Positions 10,600 through 20,480 of a stretch of DNA of 32,000 bases are shown here, one piece after another; positions within the stretch are counted from its first letter, which is position 1; the number at the start of each line of letters is the position of its first letter. The notes under the pieces are model-generated. The model searched no databases. It was not told the DNA's origin and saw only the letters and a list, made by a program, of their open reading frames with translations. The translations under genes were made by a program, and so were the position numbers. This DNA comes from Buchnera aphidicola (Therioaphis trifolii) (GTDB lineage: Bacteria; Pseudomonadota; Gammaproteobacteria; Enterobacterales; Enterobacteriaceae), in contig NZ_CP032996.1 in assembly GCF_005080705.1 (NCBI RefSeq), forward strand, positions 30,001 through 62,000. The letters run 5' to 3'.

Positions 10600-11391
10600 A
10601 TGAATAATATTTTAGTTATAAAATTAGGAGGAATTTTATTAAATAGTAAATTTGCTATTAATAATTTTTTTAAAATATTATATAATTTTAAACAATCTAA
10701 TCAAAATATTGTGATAATTCATGGAGGAGAATTTTGGGCAAAAAATATATTTCAAAATATATCATTATTAAATAATAATATATTTAAAAATTTTAATTAT
10801 AATAATAATGTTAACAATTATTTTAAAATAGGTATTTTTTCTGGTATTATTAATTCTTATATTATAAAATATGCTCATATTAATAAAATTAATGCAATTG
10901 GTTTACGTTTTACAGATGGTGATACTATTATTCTAAATTCAATAAATGTTAAAGATTCTATTTATTGTAATATTAATTCTTTAAAATTAATTCAATATTA
11001 TTTTTCAAATAACATAATACCTATTATTCATCCAACAGGAATCACTAAAGATAATTATCTTATAAATGTTGATGCTGATATAGTATCTATGTTATTAGCT
11101 AAAGCATTAAAGGCACGTTTAGTAATACTAACAGATGTTAATGGAGTATTAAATGGTAAAGGAAAAAAAATAAAGTTAATTAATAATATTATTTTTAAAA
11201 AATTAATTTTACAAGGTGTTATTAAAAATGGTATGTATACTAAAGTTAATTCAGCTCTTAATGTTTCTAAACATTTAAATCAAATTGTAAATATTGCTAG
11301 TTTTATTAATAATAATAAATTAAAAAATATATTTTTAAATAAATCAATTGGAACAAATATTTTATATAAAAAAAAAGGACATAATTTGTGA
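10600..11391 (+). CDS. argB: Acetylglutamate kinase homolog (intact ORF, partly eroded motifs)
   Basis: 263 aa. Colinear with E. coli ArgB at VIKLGG, VIIHGG, INVDAD, LVILTDVNGVLNGKGKKI, GMYTKVNSAL and IAS. The segment equivalent to KKKNGLRVT...GALAGTANK is unrecognisable (see findings). Position upstream of argG-argH fits. Confidence 0.8.
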   Translation: MNNILVIKLGGILLNSKFAINNFFKILYNFKQSNQNIVIIHGGEFWAKNIFQNISLLNNNIFKNFNYNNNVNNYFKIGIFSGIINSYIIKYAHINKINAIGLRFTDGDTIILNSINVKDSIYCNINSLKLIQYYFSNNIIPIIHPTGITKDNYLINVDADIVSMLLAKALKARLVILTDVNGVLNGKGKKIKLINNIIFKKLILQGVIKNGMYTKVNSALNVSKHLNQIVNIASFINNNKLKNIFLNKSIGTNILYKKKGHNL

Positions 11392-12602
11392 TTAAAATAA
11401 AACATACTAATAAAGTAGTATTAGCTTATTCCGGAGGTTTAGATACTTCAGCTATTATTCCATGGATTAAAGAAAATTATTCATTAGAAGTTATTGCATT
11501 TGTAGCTGATGTAGGACAATCAAAAAATGATTTAGATGGTATTTCAGAAAAAGCAATACAATCTGGTGCTAGTGATTGTTATATTGTTGATTTAAAAAAA
11601 GATTTTGTTTATGATTATATTTTTCCTGTTTTAAGTACTGGAGCATTATATGAAGGTAATTATTTATTAGGAACAGCTATGGCAAGACCGATTATTGCTA
11701 AAGAACAAATAAAGTTAGCTCATCAAACTAATTCTATTGCTGTTTGTCATGGTGCTACTGGTAAAGGAAATGATCAAGTTAGATTTGAGATGGCATATGC
11801 TGCTTTAGATCCTAATTTAAAAGTTTTATCACCCTGGCGAAAATGGAAATTATCATCTCGAGAAGAATTAATTGATTATTTAAAAAGTAAAAATATTTCA
11901 ACAACAGCAACAAAAGAAAAAATTTATAGTCGAGATGAAAATATTTGGCATATTTCAACAGAAGGTGGTGTATTAGAAAATACTTGGAATGAACCAGATA
12001 ATAATTGTTGGGTTTGGACTACTGATCCTATGATGGCTCCTGATAAAGCAGAATATATTACAATTGAATTTGATAAAGGTTATCCTATTACTATAAATAA
12101 TAATTCATTAAATTTAGTAGATTGTTTAATATATTTAAATAAAATTGGATCAAAACATGGAATTGGTCGTATTGATATTGTTGAAAATCGTTTAATCGGA
12201 ATAAAATCAAGAGGTTGTTATGAAACTCCTGGTGGAACTATTTTAGTTACAGCAATGAGAGCACTTGAACAATTAATTTTAGATCGTGATAGTTTTCAAT
12301 GGAGACAAAAACTTGGATTAAAAATGGCTACAGTTGTTTATGATGGACTTTGGTTTTCTCCAATTAGAAAATCTATACAAAATGCAGCTCATGTTTTTTT
12401 TAATATGTTATCTGGTAAAATTGTTTTAAAATTATATAAAGGTAATATAATTGTTATAAAAAAATATTCACAACAATCATTATATTCAGAAGAATTTGCT
12501 ACTTTTGGAAAAGATACTGTTTATGATCAACATGATGCACAAGGGTTTATTAAATTATTTTCATTATCTTCAAAAATTAGAGCTATGAAAAATAAAAAAT
12601 AA
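11388..12602 (+). CDS. argG: Argininosuccinate synthase
   Basis: 404 aa. VVLAYSGGLDTS (ATP pyrophosphatase motif), CHGATGKGNDQVRFE and GRIDIVENRLIGIKSRGCYETPGGTIL are typical argininosuccinate synthase signatures. GTG start overlapping the argB stop (GTGA). Confidence 0.95.
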   Translation: MIKIKHTNKVVLAYSGGLDTSAIIPWIKENYSLEVIAFVADVGQSKNDLDGISEKAIQSGASDCYIVDLKKDFVYDYIFPVLSTGALYEGNYLLGTAMARPIIAKEQIKLAHQTNSIAVCHGATGKGNDQVRFEMAYAALDPNLKVLSPWRKWKLSSREELIDYLKSKNISTTATKEKIYSRDENIWHISTEGGVLENTWNEPDNNCWVWTTDPMMAPDKAEYITIEFDKGYPITINNNSLNLVDCLIYLNKIGSKHGIGRIDIVENRLIGIKSRGCYETPGGTILVTAMRALEQLILDRDSFQWRQKLGLKMATVVYDGLWFSPIRKSIQNAAHVFFNMLSGKIVLKLYKGNIIVIKKYSQQSLYSEEFATFGKDTVYDQHDAQGFIKLFSLSSKIRAMKNKK

Positions 12603-12673
12603 TTTTTTATATTATAAAAATTATTTTATTATATTTTATTTTTTAAATAATAAAAATTAAGGATTTAATCATT

Positions 12674-14065
12674 ATGAATAAAAATGAAAAATTATGGGGA
12701 GGACGATTTAATAAAATTTCTCATCCATTATTTGAAAAATTTAATAATTCTTTATCTCAAGATTATTTTTTAGCAAAATATGATATATTAGGATCTATTG
12801 CATGGTCAAATTCATTACTAGAATGTCATATTTTAACAAAAAAGGAAAATTTAAAAATTGTTAATGGATTAAAGGAAATATTAGAAGAGATTAATATAAA
12901 TAATCATATTATTTTAAACTCATCTGCAGAAGATATTCATAGTTGGGTAGAAATAAAATTAATAGAAAAAATTGGAAAATTAGGGAAAAAATTACATACT
13001 GGTCGGAGTAGAAATGATCAAGTAACAACTAGTTTAAAATTATGGTGTAGGAAAAATATTGATGATTTAATAAATTTATTACAAGAAATACAATATACTT
13101 TAGTTTTACAAGCTAAAATATCAATTGAATATATTATGCCAGGTTATACGCATTTACAAAGAGCTCAACCTATAACTTTTTCATATTGGTGTTTAGCTTA
13201 TATTGAAATGTTTAAAAGAGATGAAAGTAGATTAAAAGATGCTTTGTTAAGATTAAATATTAGTCCATTAGGTTCAGGTGCTTTATCAGGAACATTTTGT
13301 AATATTGATCGTGATAAATTAGCATTAAATATGGGATTTTTAAGTTCTACTGAAAATAGTTTAGATGCTGTTTCTGATAGAGATTATGTACTTGAATTAT
13401 TATCTAGTGCATCTATTAGTATGATGCATTTGTCAAGATTTTCTGAAGATTTAATTTTTTTTAATTCTGGTGAAGCAAATTTTATTGAATTATCTGATTT
13501 TTTTACTTCAGGTTCTTCTTTAATGCCTCAAAAAAAAAATCCTGATGCATTAGAATTAATTAGAGGAAAAACAGGTCGAGTATATGGTTCTTTAATTAGT
13601 ATGTTAGTTGTATTAAAAGGTTTACCTTTATCATATAATAAAGATATGCAAGAAGATAAAGAAATTTTATTTTCTGCAATTAATATTTGGAAAATGTCTT
13701 TAAAAATTGCTATATTAATAATACAAACTTTAAAAGTAAATTTCAAGAATTGTTTTATATCAGCAAAAAAAGGATATGCTAATTCTACTGAATTAACAGA
13801 TTATTTAGTAAGTAAAGGTGTAAATTTTAGAAAAGCTCATTATATTGTTGGTAAAATTGTATTAGAAGCAATAAAAAAAGATTGTACTTTAGAAGAATTA
13901 AATATTTCTATTTTTAAAAAATATCATTCATCATTTGATAATGATTTATATGATAAATTAGATATTTTTACTTGTATTAATAGTAAAAAATCAAAAGGTG
14001 GTGTAAATATAAATAGAATTTTAAATCATATATTAAAAATTAAAAAACAATTATATCAAAATTAA
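12674..14065 (+). CDS. argH: Argininosuccinate lyase
   Basis: 463 aa. [46 protein letters not shown] and [20 protein letters not shown] are colinear with E. coli ArgH. AAGGA lies upstream of the ATG. Confidence 0.97.
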   Translation: MNKNEKLWGGRFNKISHPLFEKFNNSLSQDYFLAKYDILGSIAWSNSLLECHILTKKENLKIVNGLKEILEEININNHIILNSSAEDIHSWVEIKLIEKIGKLGKKLHTGRSRNDQVTTSLKLWCRKNIDDLINLLQEIQYTLVLQAKISIEYIMPGYTHLQRAQPITFSYWCLAYIEMFKRDESRLKDALLRLNISPLGSGALSGTFCNIDRDKLALNMGFLSSTENSLDAVSDRDYVLELLSSASISMMHLSRFSEDLIFFNSGEANFIELSDFFTSGSSLMPQKKNPDALELIRGKTGRVYGSLISMLVVLKGLPLSYNKDMQEDKEILFSAINIWKMSLKIAILIIQTLKVNFKNCFISAKKGYANSTELTDYLVSKGVNFRKAHYIVGKIVLEAIKKDCTLEELNISIFKKYHSSFDNDLYDKLDIFTCINSKKSKGGVNINRILNHILKIKKQLYQN

Positions 14066-14093
14066 TTTATATATTTTGAAAATTATATAAAAT

Positions 14094-14122
14094 TAGCTTC
14101 CATATATTTAATAAGGAAGCTA
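14094..14122. terminator. Hairpin TAGCTTCC-(13 nt)-GGAAGCTA between convergent argH and rpoD; candidate bidirectional terminator
   Basis: Perfect 8-bp stem (14094-14101 with 14115-14122), flanked by A/T-rich runs on both strands. It is the only G/C-containing structure in the 72-nt convergent spacer. Confidence 0.5.
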
Positions 14123-14137
14123 TATTATATATAAATA

Positions 14138-15946
14138 TTAATCATCTAAAAAATTTTTTAAAATATCTGCTCGACTTGGATGTCTTAATTTTCTTAAAGC
14201 TTTTGCTTCAATCTGTCTAATACGTTCTCTAGTAACACAAAATTGTTTACCAACTTCTTCTAATGTATGATCGGTATGCATATCAATTCCAAATCGCATT
14301 CTTAATACTTTAGCTTCTCTAGGTGTTAATGCAGATAAAATATTATATGTAGCTAATTTTAAACTATCTATTGTTGCTAAATTAATTGGTAATTCTAAGT
14401 TAGAATCTTCTATAAAATCACTTAATTGTGAATCTTCATCATCACCTACTGGTGTTTCCATAGATATTGGTTCTTTTGCTATTTTTAATACTTTTCGTAT
14501 TTTTTCTTCTGGTATTAACATTCTAGTTGATAATTCTTCAGGAGTTGGTTCTCTTCCAATTTCTTGTAATATTTGTCTTGAAATTCGATTTAATTTATTA
14601 ATAGTTTCAATCATATGTACTGGTATTCTAATTGTTCTTGCCTGATCTGCAATAGATCTAGTAATTGCTTGTCGAATCCACCATGTTGCATATGTTGAAA
14701 ATTTATATCCTCTTTGATATTCAAATTTTTCTACTGCTTTCATTAATCCAATATTACCTTCTTGAATGAGATCTAAAAATTGTAAACCTCGATTAGTATA
14801 TTTTTTAGCAATAGAAATTACTAATCTTAAATTTGCTTCTATCATTTCTTTTTTAGCTTGTTTAGTTTTTATTTCGCCTAATACCATTTTTTTATTAATA
14901 TTTTTAATTTCTTGTATTACTAATCCTGTTTCTTTTTCAATTTGTTTTAGTTTTTTAATAATAATAAAAATTTTTGTTTTTAATTCACATAATTTTTTTG
15001 ACCATAATTTATTCATTTTTTGTGCATTATAAAACCATATCTTATTAGTTTCATTTCCAATAAATAATTTTATGAAAATAGGTTTTGGTATTTTACATTT
15101 TTCAACACATATTTTCATAATATGTCGTTCTTCCGTTCGTATCCTTGTTACCATATTACGCATATTATTAATTAAACAATCAAATTGTTTAGGTACTAAT
15201 TTGAATTTTTTAAATATTTTAGATAGTTTATGTATTTCTTTTTTTGAATCTTTATGATTTCTATTTTTTTGATTAATAATTTTATTAGTTTTAATATATT
15301 GATTTTTTAATTTTACGAAAAAATTTTCAGCTATTTCTGGATTCATATTTTTTTCTTTTTTATTATTGATATTTTTTTTATTTGAATTTTGTGTTTTATT
15401 TTTTTTACTGTTATATTTAATAAAAATATTTTTTTTTGTTTTTTCATTAATAAATCCTGAAACAACATCTGATAATCTGATTTGACCTAATTTTATTCGT
15501 TTATATTGATTTAAAAGATAAACAATTGCCTCGGGATATTCAGATACTGAAGATTGTATTTGATGTATTCCAGATTCAATTTTTTTTGCTATATTAATTT
15601 CTCCTTCACGAGTTAATAACTCTACACTTCCCATTTCACGCATGTACATTCGTACAGGATCTGTTGTTCTTCCAATATCTGTTTCTGGATCTGTATTATC
15701 TTGTGTTTCTATTTCTTCAATATTTTCATTATTAATATAATTTTTATTTAAATCATTTTTTTTTTTAGGTACTGTATTCATAATTTTAATTCCCATATTA
15801 TTAATCATTTTAATAATATTTTTCATTTTTTTAGAATGAATCATTTTTTTTGATAGAAAATTATGTATATCAAGATAAGTTAAATATCCTTGCGCTTTAC
15901 CGTGTATAATTAATAATTTAATTTGTAATTGAGAATCTTTTTTCAT
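14138..15946 (-). CDS. rpoD: RNA polymerase sigma factor RpoD (sigma-70)
   Basis: 602 aa. [88 protein letters not shown] (regions 2.1-2.4) and [30 protein letters not shown] (region 4.2). Confidence 0.98.
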   Translation of the reverse strand: MKKDSQLQIKLLIIHGKAQGYLTYLDIHNFLSKKMIHSKKMKNIIKMINNMGIKIMNTVPKKKNDLNKNYINNENIEEIETQDNTDPETDIGRTTDPVRMYMREMGSVELLTREGEINIAKKIESGIHQIQSSVSEYPEAIVYLLNQYKRIKLGQIRLSDVVSGFINEKTKKNIFIKYNSKKNKTQNSNKKNINNKKEKNMNPEIAENFFVKLKNQYIKTNKIINQKNRNHKDSKKEIHKLSKIFKKFKLVPKQFDCLINNMRNMVTRIRTEERHIMKICVEKCKIPKPIFIKLFIGNETNKIWFYNAQKMNKLWSKKLCELKTKIFIIIKKLKQIEKETGLVIQEIKNINKKMVLGEIKTKQAKKEMIEANLRLVISIAKKYTNRGLQFLDLIQEGNIGLMKAVEKFEYQRGYKFSTYATWWIRQAITRSIADQARTIRIPVHMIETINKLNRISRQILQEIGREPTPEELSTRMLIPEEKIRKVLKIAKEPISMETPVGDDEDSQLSDFIEDSNLELPINLATIDSLKLATYNILSALTPREAKVLRMRFGIDMHTDHTLEEVGKQFCVTRERIRQIEAKALRKLRHPSRADILKNFLDD

Positions 15947-16038
15947 AAAAAATTTTCCTAATTAATTTTATTATATTTAAATAATATATTTTAACAAAAA
16001 AATATATAAATAATATTATTGATAATAAATTTTTTATA

Positions 16039-17763
16039 TTAAATTGATAATACTTTATTTATTTTCCATAATAGATATTTTTCTTTTAATTGTAATTTTT
16101 TTAAGCGATCTTTCATAATTAATAAGTTATATTTTTTTTCTAAAGCTATATTATATATTTTTTTTATTAAATCTATAAATACTTTATTTTTTTTTTTATT
16201 ATGAATTAAATTATTCCAATATGCTAATTTTTGAATTATAAAAAAATTTTTTTGATTTCTATATAATTCAATTATTTGTCCAGTATTAATATTATTATTT
16301 TTTTTACATATTTTAAAAATTTCTAAAAATAATGATATTCCTGGAATATTTATTTTTTTTAATTCATAAATTTTAAAAGGTAATATAGTACTTAATATAG
16401 GATTTTGTATAATTAAACTAATTAAAATATGAATATTATTTGATTTAATAATATTAGAATTAATATATTTTTTTTTTTGATAAATTATTTCATCTAATTT
16501 TATATCATCGATAATTCCTATTTTCTGTCCTAACATTTTTTTTAGATAAATTTTAATATATTGATTTGGTATATTATTTATTATTGGTATTGCAAAATTT
16601 AACATTTTAGATATTTCATAAATAGAATTTAAATTAATTTTTTTTGTAATTTTTTTTAAAAAAAAATCAATAATATTAATAGCATTTTTAATTCTATTGT
16701 TAAATTTTTCTTTACCTTCTTTATAAATAATACTATTTGGATCTTCTCCTTTTGGTAAAAAGATAAATTGAATATTTTTTATATCATTAATATAAGGTAA
16801 TATTATTTGTGTTGTTCTCCATGCTGCTTTTTTTCCTGCTTGATCTCCATCATAACAAAAAATTAAATGATTAGTTAATTTAAATAATATATTAATTTGA
16901 TAATTTGTAATTATTGTACCTAATATTGCAACTACATTTTTAATATTAAATTGAAATAATGATAAAACATCAAAATATCCTTCTACTATAATTATATATT
17001 TATTATCATCTTGAATGTGAATTTTATCAATACCATATAGTTGATAACCTTTTTTAAAAATATCAGTTTGAGAAGAATTGATATATTTAGGATGAGTATT
17101 ATTTAATGTTCGACCTCCAAAACCAGTTATTTTACCATATTGATTTTTAATTGGAAAAATTATTTTATTATAAAATCTATCATATTGATAATTTTGATTT
17201 GTATAAATTATTCCAATATTTTTTAAATAAGAAATATATTTTTTATTTTTTATATTTTTTGATAAAAATAATAAATCATTAGAATATCCAATATTAAAGA
17301 TATCAATTGTATGATTATTAATTTTTCTCTTTTTTAAATATAATTGAGCTATTTTAGAATTTTTATGATAAATATTATTATAATATAATTGTCCTGCGAT
17401 TTGAATAGCTTTTTCTAATTTTTGTTTTTTATAATGTTTTTTTTGATTTTTGACATTATAATTTTTTTGAAATATTTTAATTCCTGTAATATTTGATAAT
17501 TCTTGCATACTTTCTAAAAAAGTTAATTGATCATATTTCATTAAAAAATCAATAATATTTCCATGTATATTACAACCAAAACAATAAAAATATTGTTTTT
17601 CAATATTTATAGTAAATGAAGGTGTATTTTCTGAATGAAATGGACAAAGAGCATAATAATTTTTTCCTATTTTTTTTATTTTAATACGTTCACTTATTAT
17701 ATCAATAATATTTACTTGATTTAATATATTTATAATAACATCTTGAGGTATAAATTGATTCAT
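16039..17763 (-). CDS. dnaG: DNA primase
   Basis: 574 aa. Zinc-finger CPFHSENTPSFTINIEKQYFYCFGCNIHGNIIDFLM, TOPRIM region IIVEGYFDVLSL...FCYDGDQAGKKAAWR. Sits between rpsU and rpoD (macromolecular synthesis operon). Confidence 0.96.
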   Translation of the reverse strand: MNQFIPQDVIINILNQVNIIDIISERIKIKKIGKNYYALCPFHSENTPSFTINIEKQYFYCFGCNIHGNIIDFLMKYDQLTFLESMQELSNITGIKIFQKNYNVKNQKKHYKKQKLEKAIQIAGQLYYNNIYHKNSKIAQLYLKKRKINNHTIDIFNIGYSNDLLFLSKNIKNKKYISYLKNIGIIYTNQNYQYDRFYNKIIFPIKNQYGKITGFGGRTLNNTHPKYINSSQTDIFKKGYQLYGIDKIHIQDDNKYIIIVEGYFDVLSLFQFNIKNVVAILGTIITNYQINILFKLTNHLIFCYDGDQAGKKAAWRTTQIILPYINDIKNIQFIFLPKGEDPNSIIYKEGKEKFNNRIKNAINIIDFFLKKITKKINLNSIYEISKMLNFAIPIINNIPNQYIKIYLKKMLGQKIGIIDDIKLDEIIYQKKKYINSNIIKSNNIHILISLIIQNPILSTILPFKIYELKKINIPGISLFLEIFKICKKNNNINTGQIIELYRNQKNFFIIQKLAYWNNLIHNKKKNKVFIDLIKKIYNIALEKKYNLLIMKDRLKKLQLKEKYLLWKINKVLSI

Positions 17764-17798
17764 AATATTTAATTTAATAATATTTCAAAATAATATAT

Positions 17799-18014
17799 TT
17801 AATATAAACGTATACGACGTGCATTTTCTCGTGATAATTTTTTTGTTAATCGTTTAATAGCAGATGCTTTTGCTCTTTTTCTTTTGGTAGTTGGTTTTTC
17901 ATAAAATTCACGTCTACGCATTTCTGAAAGAATACCAGATTTTTCACATGCTCTTTTAAATCTTCTAAGTGCTACATCAAATGGTTCATTTTCTCTTATT
18001 TTAATAACAGGCAT
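17799..18014 (-). CDS. rpsU: 30S ribosomal protein S21
   Basis: 71 aa. [55 protein letters not shown]...ENARRIRLY is nearly identical to E. coli S21. AAGGAA lies 8 nt upstream of the ATG. Confidence 0.98.
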   Translation of the reverse strand: MPVIKIRENEPFDVALRRFKRACEKSGILSEMRRREFYEKPTTKRKRAKASAIKRLTKKLSRENARRIRLY

Positions 18015-18050
18015 ATTAAATTTCCTTTTTTTTTGAAATAAATAATTTAA

Positions 18051-18059
18051 ATTATATCA
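18051..18059 (-). promoter_or_regulatory. Possible extended -10 promoter element (TGATATAAT) for rpsU-dnaG-rpoD
   Basis: The minus strand reads ...ATATGATATAAT..., a full match to the TGnTATAAT consensus, ending 36 nt upstream of the rpsU ATG. No convincing -35. TATAAT-like hexamers are frequent in this composition, so support is weak. Confidence 0.3.
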
Positions 18060-18122
18060 TATATCATATATGTTTTATTTTAAATATTTTAATAAATATT
18101 TTTTAATTTTATGGGATAAAAA

Positions 18123-19148
18123 ATGAGAATACTTGGAATTGAAACTTCTTTTGATGATACTGGAGTTGCTATTTATGATAATAAATTAGGATTATTAGTT
18201 AATGAATTACGTCATCAAAATAATATACATAGTAAATATGGTGGAGTTGTTCCTGAATTAGCTTCTAGGGCTTATATAAATCAAGTAGCTCCTTTAATTA
18301 AAGAAATTATAATTAAAAATAATATTTCTTTAAATAGTTTAAATGGTATTGCATATACTGCAGGACCTGGACTAGTTGGTTCATTACTTGTTGGAGCTGG
18401 AGTAGGATGTGCATTAGCTTATGCCTGTAATATTCCTTCTATTCCAATTAATCATATGGAAGGTCATTTATTATCACCTATGATAGAAAACCCTAATTTA
18501 AAATTTCCTTTTCTTGGATTATTAATTTCTGGAAAACATACACAATTAATTAATGCATATCAATTAAGTGAATATCAAATATTAGGTGAAACTTTAGATG
18601 ATGCTGCAGGAGAGGTATTAGATAAAATTGCTCAAGCATTAAATTTAGGTTACCCAGGGGGATATTTATTATCACAATTTGCAAATAAAGGAAAATTAGG
18701 AAGATTTTATTTTCCAAAACCTATGAAATATTATTCAAATTTTAATTTTAGTTTTTCAGGATTAAAAACATTTACTTTAAATCTTATTAAAAAGCATATG
18801 TATAATATACAGGCTTTACATGATATTGCATGTGAATTTGAATATTCTATATTAGATGTTTTAGTTTATAAATCTTTTAAAGCTTTAAAAAAAACAGGTT
18901 ATGACCAATTAGTTATTGCTGGTGGTGTTAGTGCAAATAAAAAATTAATTAATTTATTTAAAAAATATGCATTAATTCATAATAAAAAATTATATTTTTG
19001 TAGTCCTATTTTTTGTACTGATAATGCTGCTATGATTGCATATTTAGGAATGATTTATTTAAAAAGAGGCATTTCAAAAAAAATAGATATTTCTATTTAT
19101 CCTAAATGGTCTATTTTAAATATAAAACAAAAAAATCATTATTTATAA
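18123..19148 (+). CDS. tsaD: tRNA N6-adenosine threonylcarbamoyltransferase TsaD (YgjD/Gcp)
   Basis: 341 aa. MRILGIETSFDDTGVAIYD, YGGVVPELASR, AYTAGPGLVGSLLVGA, INHMEGHLLSP, DDAAGE..DK, GYPGG, FSFSGLKT, AGGVSAN and CTDNAAMIAY are colinear with E. coli TsaD. Divergent from rpsU, as in E. coli. Confidence 0.96.
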   Translation: MRILGIETSFDDTGVAIYDNKLGLLVNELRHQNNIHSKYGGVVPELASRAYINQVAPLIKEIIIKNNISLNSLNGIAYTAGPGLVGSLLVGAGVGCALAYACNIPSIPINHMEGHLLSPMIENPNLKFPFLGLLISGKHTQLINAYQLSEYQILGETLDDAAGEVLDKIAQALNLGYPGGYLLSQFANKGKLGRFYFPKPMKYYSNFNFSFSGLKTFTLNLIKKHMYNIQALHDIACEFEYSILDVLVYKSFKALKKTGYDQLVIAGGVSANKKLINLFKKYALIHNKKLYFCSPIFCTDNAAMIAYLGMIYLKRGISKKIDISIYPKWSILNIKQKNHYL

Positions 19149-19787
19149 TTCTTGATTTTTTAAATATCTGATTAAATCATCTATTGTTAATATTGGCATT
19201 TTATATATTTTTGAAAATTTTAATATGTCTTTAATTTGAGCCATACTACCATTTTTATTTGTTAGTTCACATATTACACTCATTGGTTTAAATCCTGCTA
19301 ATTTTGTTAATACAATAGATGCTTCTGTATGACCTTGTCTTGATAATAAACCCTGTTTATGTGCACATACAGGAAAAATATGACCTGGTTTATTAAAATC
19401 AGATGATATAGCAGTATCAAAAACAGCAGTTTTTATTGTTTTAATCCTATCTTTTGCTGAAACACCTGTTGATATTCCTTTTGAAGATTCAATACTAACT
19501 GTAAATCCTGTATTATAAGTACTGGTATTATTTTTTACCATCATTGGTAATTTTAATTTTTTTCTTTTTTTTTCTGTAATACATAAACAAACAATTCCAC
19601 TTCCATAACGAATAGTTAAAGCCATTTGCTGTATTGTCATATTTTCACAAGAAAATACTAAATCACCTTCATTTTCTCTATTTTTATTATCTATAATAAT
19701 TACTCCTTGACATAATTTTAATGCTATAATTGCTTTTTTTATTCTATTTTTATAATTTCCAAATTTTGATAAAAATTTTTTTATCAT
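19143..19787 (-). CDS. ribB: 3,4-dihydroxy-2-butanone 4-phosphate synthase
   Basis: 214 aa. DNKNRENEGDLVF, QMALTIRYGSGIVCLCIT, LPMMV.NNTS.Y.TGFTVSIE, GHIFP, GHTEASI.L..LAGFKP..VICELTN..G.MA are colinear with E. coli RibB. Confidence 0.96.
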   Translation of the reverse strand: MIKKFLSKFGNYKNRIKKAIIALKLCQGVIIIDNKNRENEGDLVFSCENMTIQQMALTIRYGSGIVCLCITEKKRKKLKLPMMVKNNTSTYNTGFTVSIESSKGISTGVSAKDRIKTIKTAVFDTAISSDFNKPGHIFPVCAHKQGLLSRQGHTEASIVLTKLAGFKPMSVICELTNKNGSMAQIKDILKFSKIYKMPILTIDDLIRYLKNQEL

Positions 19788-19887
19788 AAAAACCTTAATT
19801 TATTAATTTTATTTTTTAAAATAAAAAATGATTTTATTAATTTATTTTTTATTATAAATTTTTATATAATATATAGTATTAAAAAAT

Positions 19888-19920
19888 TAAAACGGCACTA
19901 TTTTTTATTGTACCGTTTTA
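19888..19920 (-). terminator. Rho-independent terminator candidate downstream of crr
   Basis: Minus-strand RNA: UAAAACGGUAC-(11 nt)-GUGCCGUUUUA followed by AUUUUUUAAUAC. The 11-bp stem contains a G-U wobble on the minus strand only; on the plus strand the same position is a C-A mismatch, which points to minus-strand use. It starts 10 nt after the crr stop. Confidence 0.6.
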
Positions 19921-19929
19921 AAAAATTCA

Positions 19930-20430
19930 TTATAAATATATAATTTCCATAATTGGTGTTTTTCCTGCAATAACCCTTCCTGAATATTTTTTTATTGTTT
20001 TAATTTTTTCCATATTAGAAATTACTACAGGTGTTAAAGTAGATTTTGAATGTTCATTTAAAAAATTTAAATTATATTCTAAAATTATATCACCAATATT
20101 CACATATTGATTTTCTTTAGCAATTTTTTTAAATCCTTTTCCATTCAATAATATTGTATCTATACCAAAATGTACAAAAATTTCTATATTTTTTTCTGAA
20201 AGAATAGAAAAAGCATGTTTAGTTTTAAAAATTGTTCCAATTTTTCCTTTAACTGGAGATACAATTTTTTTACCAGATGGTTTAATAGCTACTCCATCGC
20301 CAATAATTTTTTTTGAAAATACTTCATCAGGAACTGATTCAATATTTATGATCGTTCCAGATATAGGAGAAAAAATTTTATTTTTTTTAGGTAAATTATT
20401 ATTTTTAAATAATTTAGAAAATAAATTCAT
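19930..20430 (-). CDS. crr: PTS glucose-specific enzyme IIA component
   Basis: 166 aa. SPISGTIINIESVPDEVFSKKIIGDGVAIKPSG...HAFSI.S...IEIFVHFGIDT..L.GKGFK.IA...KSTLTPVVISNM is colinear with E. coli Crr, including both active-site His contexts. Confidence 0.96.
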   Translation of the reverse strand: MNLFSKLFKNNNLPKKNKIFSPISGTIINIESVPDEVFSKKIIGDGVAIKPSGKKIVSPVKGKIGTIFKTKHAFSILSEKNIEIFVHFGIDTILLNGKGFKKIAKENQYVNIGDIILEYNLNFLNEHSKSTLTPVVISNMEKIKTIKKYSGRVIAGKTPIMEIIYL

Positions 20431-20480
20431 AATTTATTCTTAATATTTTAATATTTTTAATAAAAATTTTTAAATATGTT

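Noticed and set aside
13528-13746. 72-aa minus-strand ORF antisense to argH
   Set aside because: It lies inside the conserved argH signature region ([11 protein letters not shown]). It is a shadow ORF without supporting features.
14766-15257. Two plus-strand ORFs (88 aa and 61 aa) antisense to rpoD
   Set aside because: Both lie within rpoD regions 1.2 to 2. They are hydrophobic mirror translations with no independent evidence.
18053-18072. Tandem 7-mer TATATCA x2.9 in the rpsU/tsaD divergent spacer
   Set aside because: Very short, low-complexity and consistent with local slippage. I noted it only because one copy forms the TGnTATAAT element listed as a weak promoter candidate.
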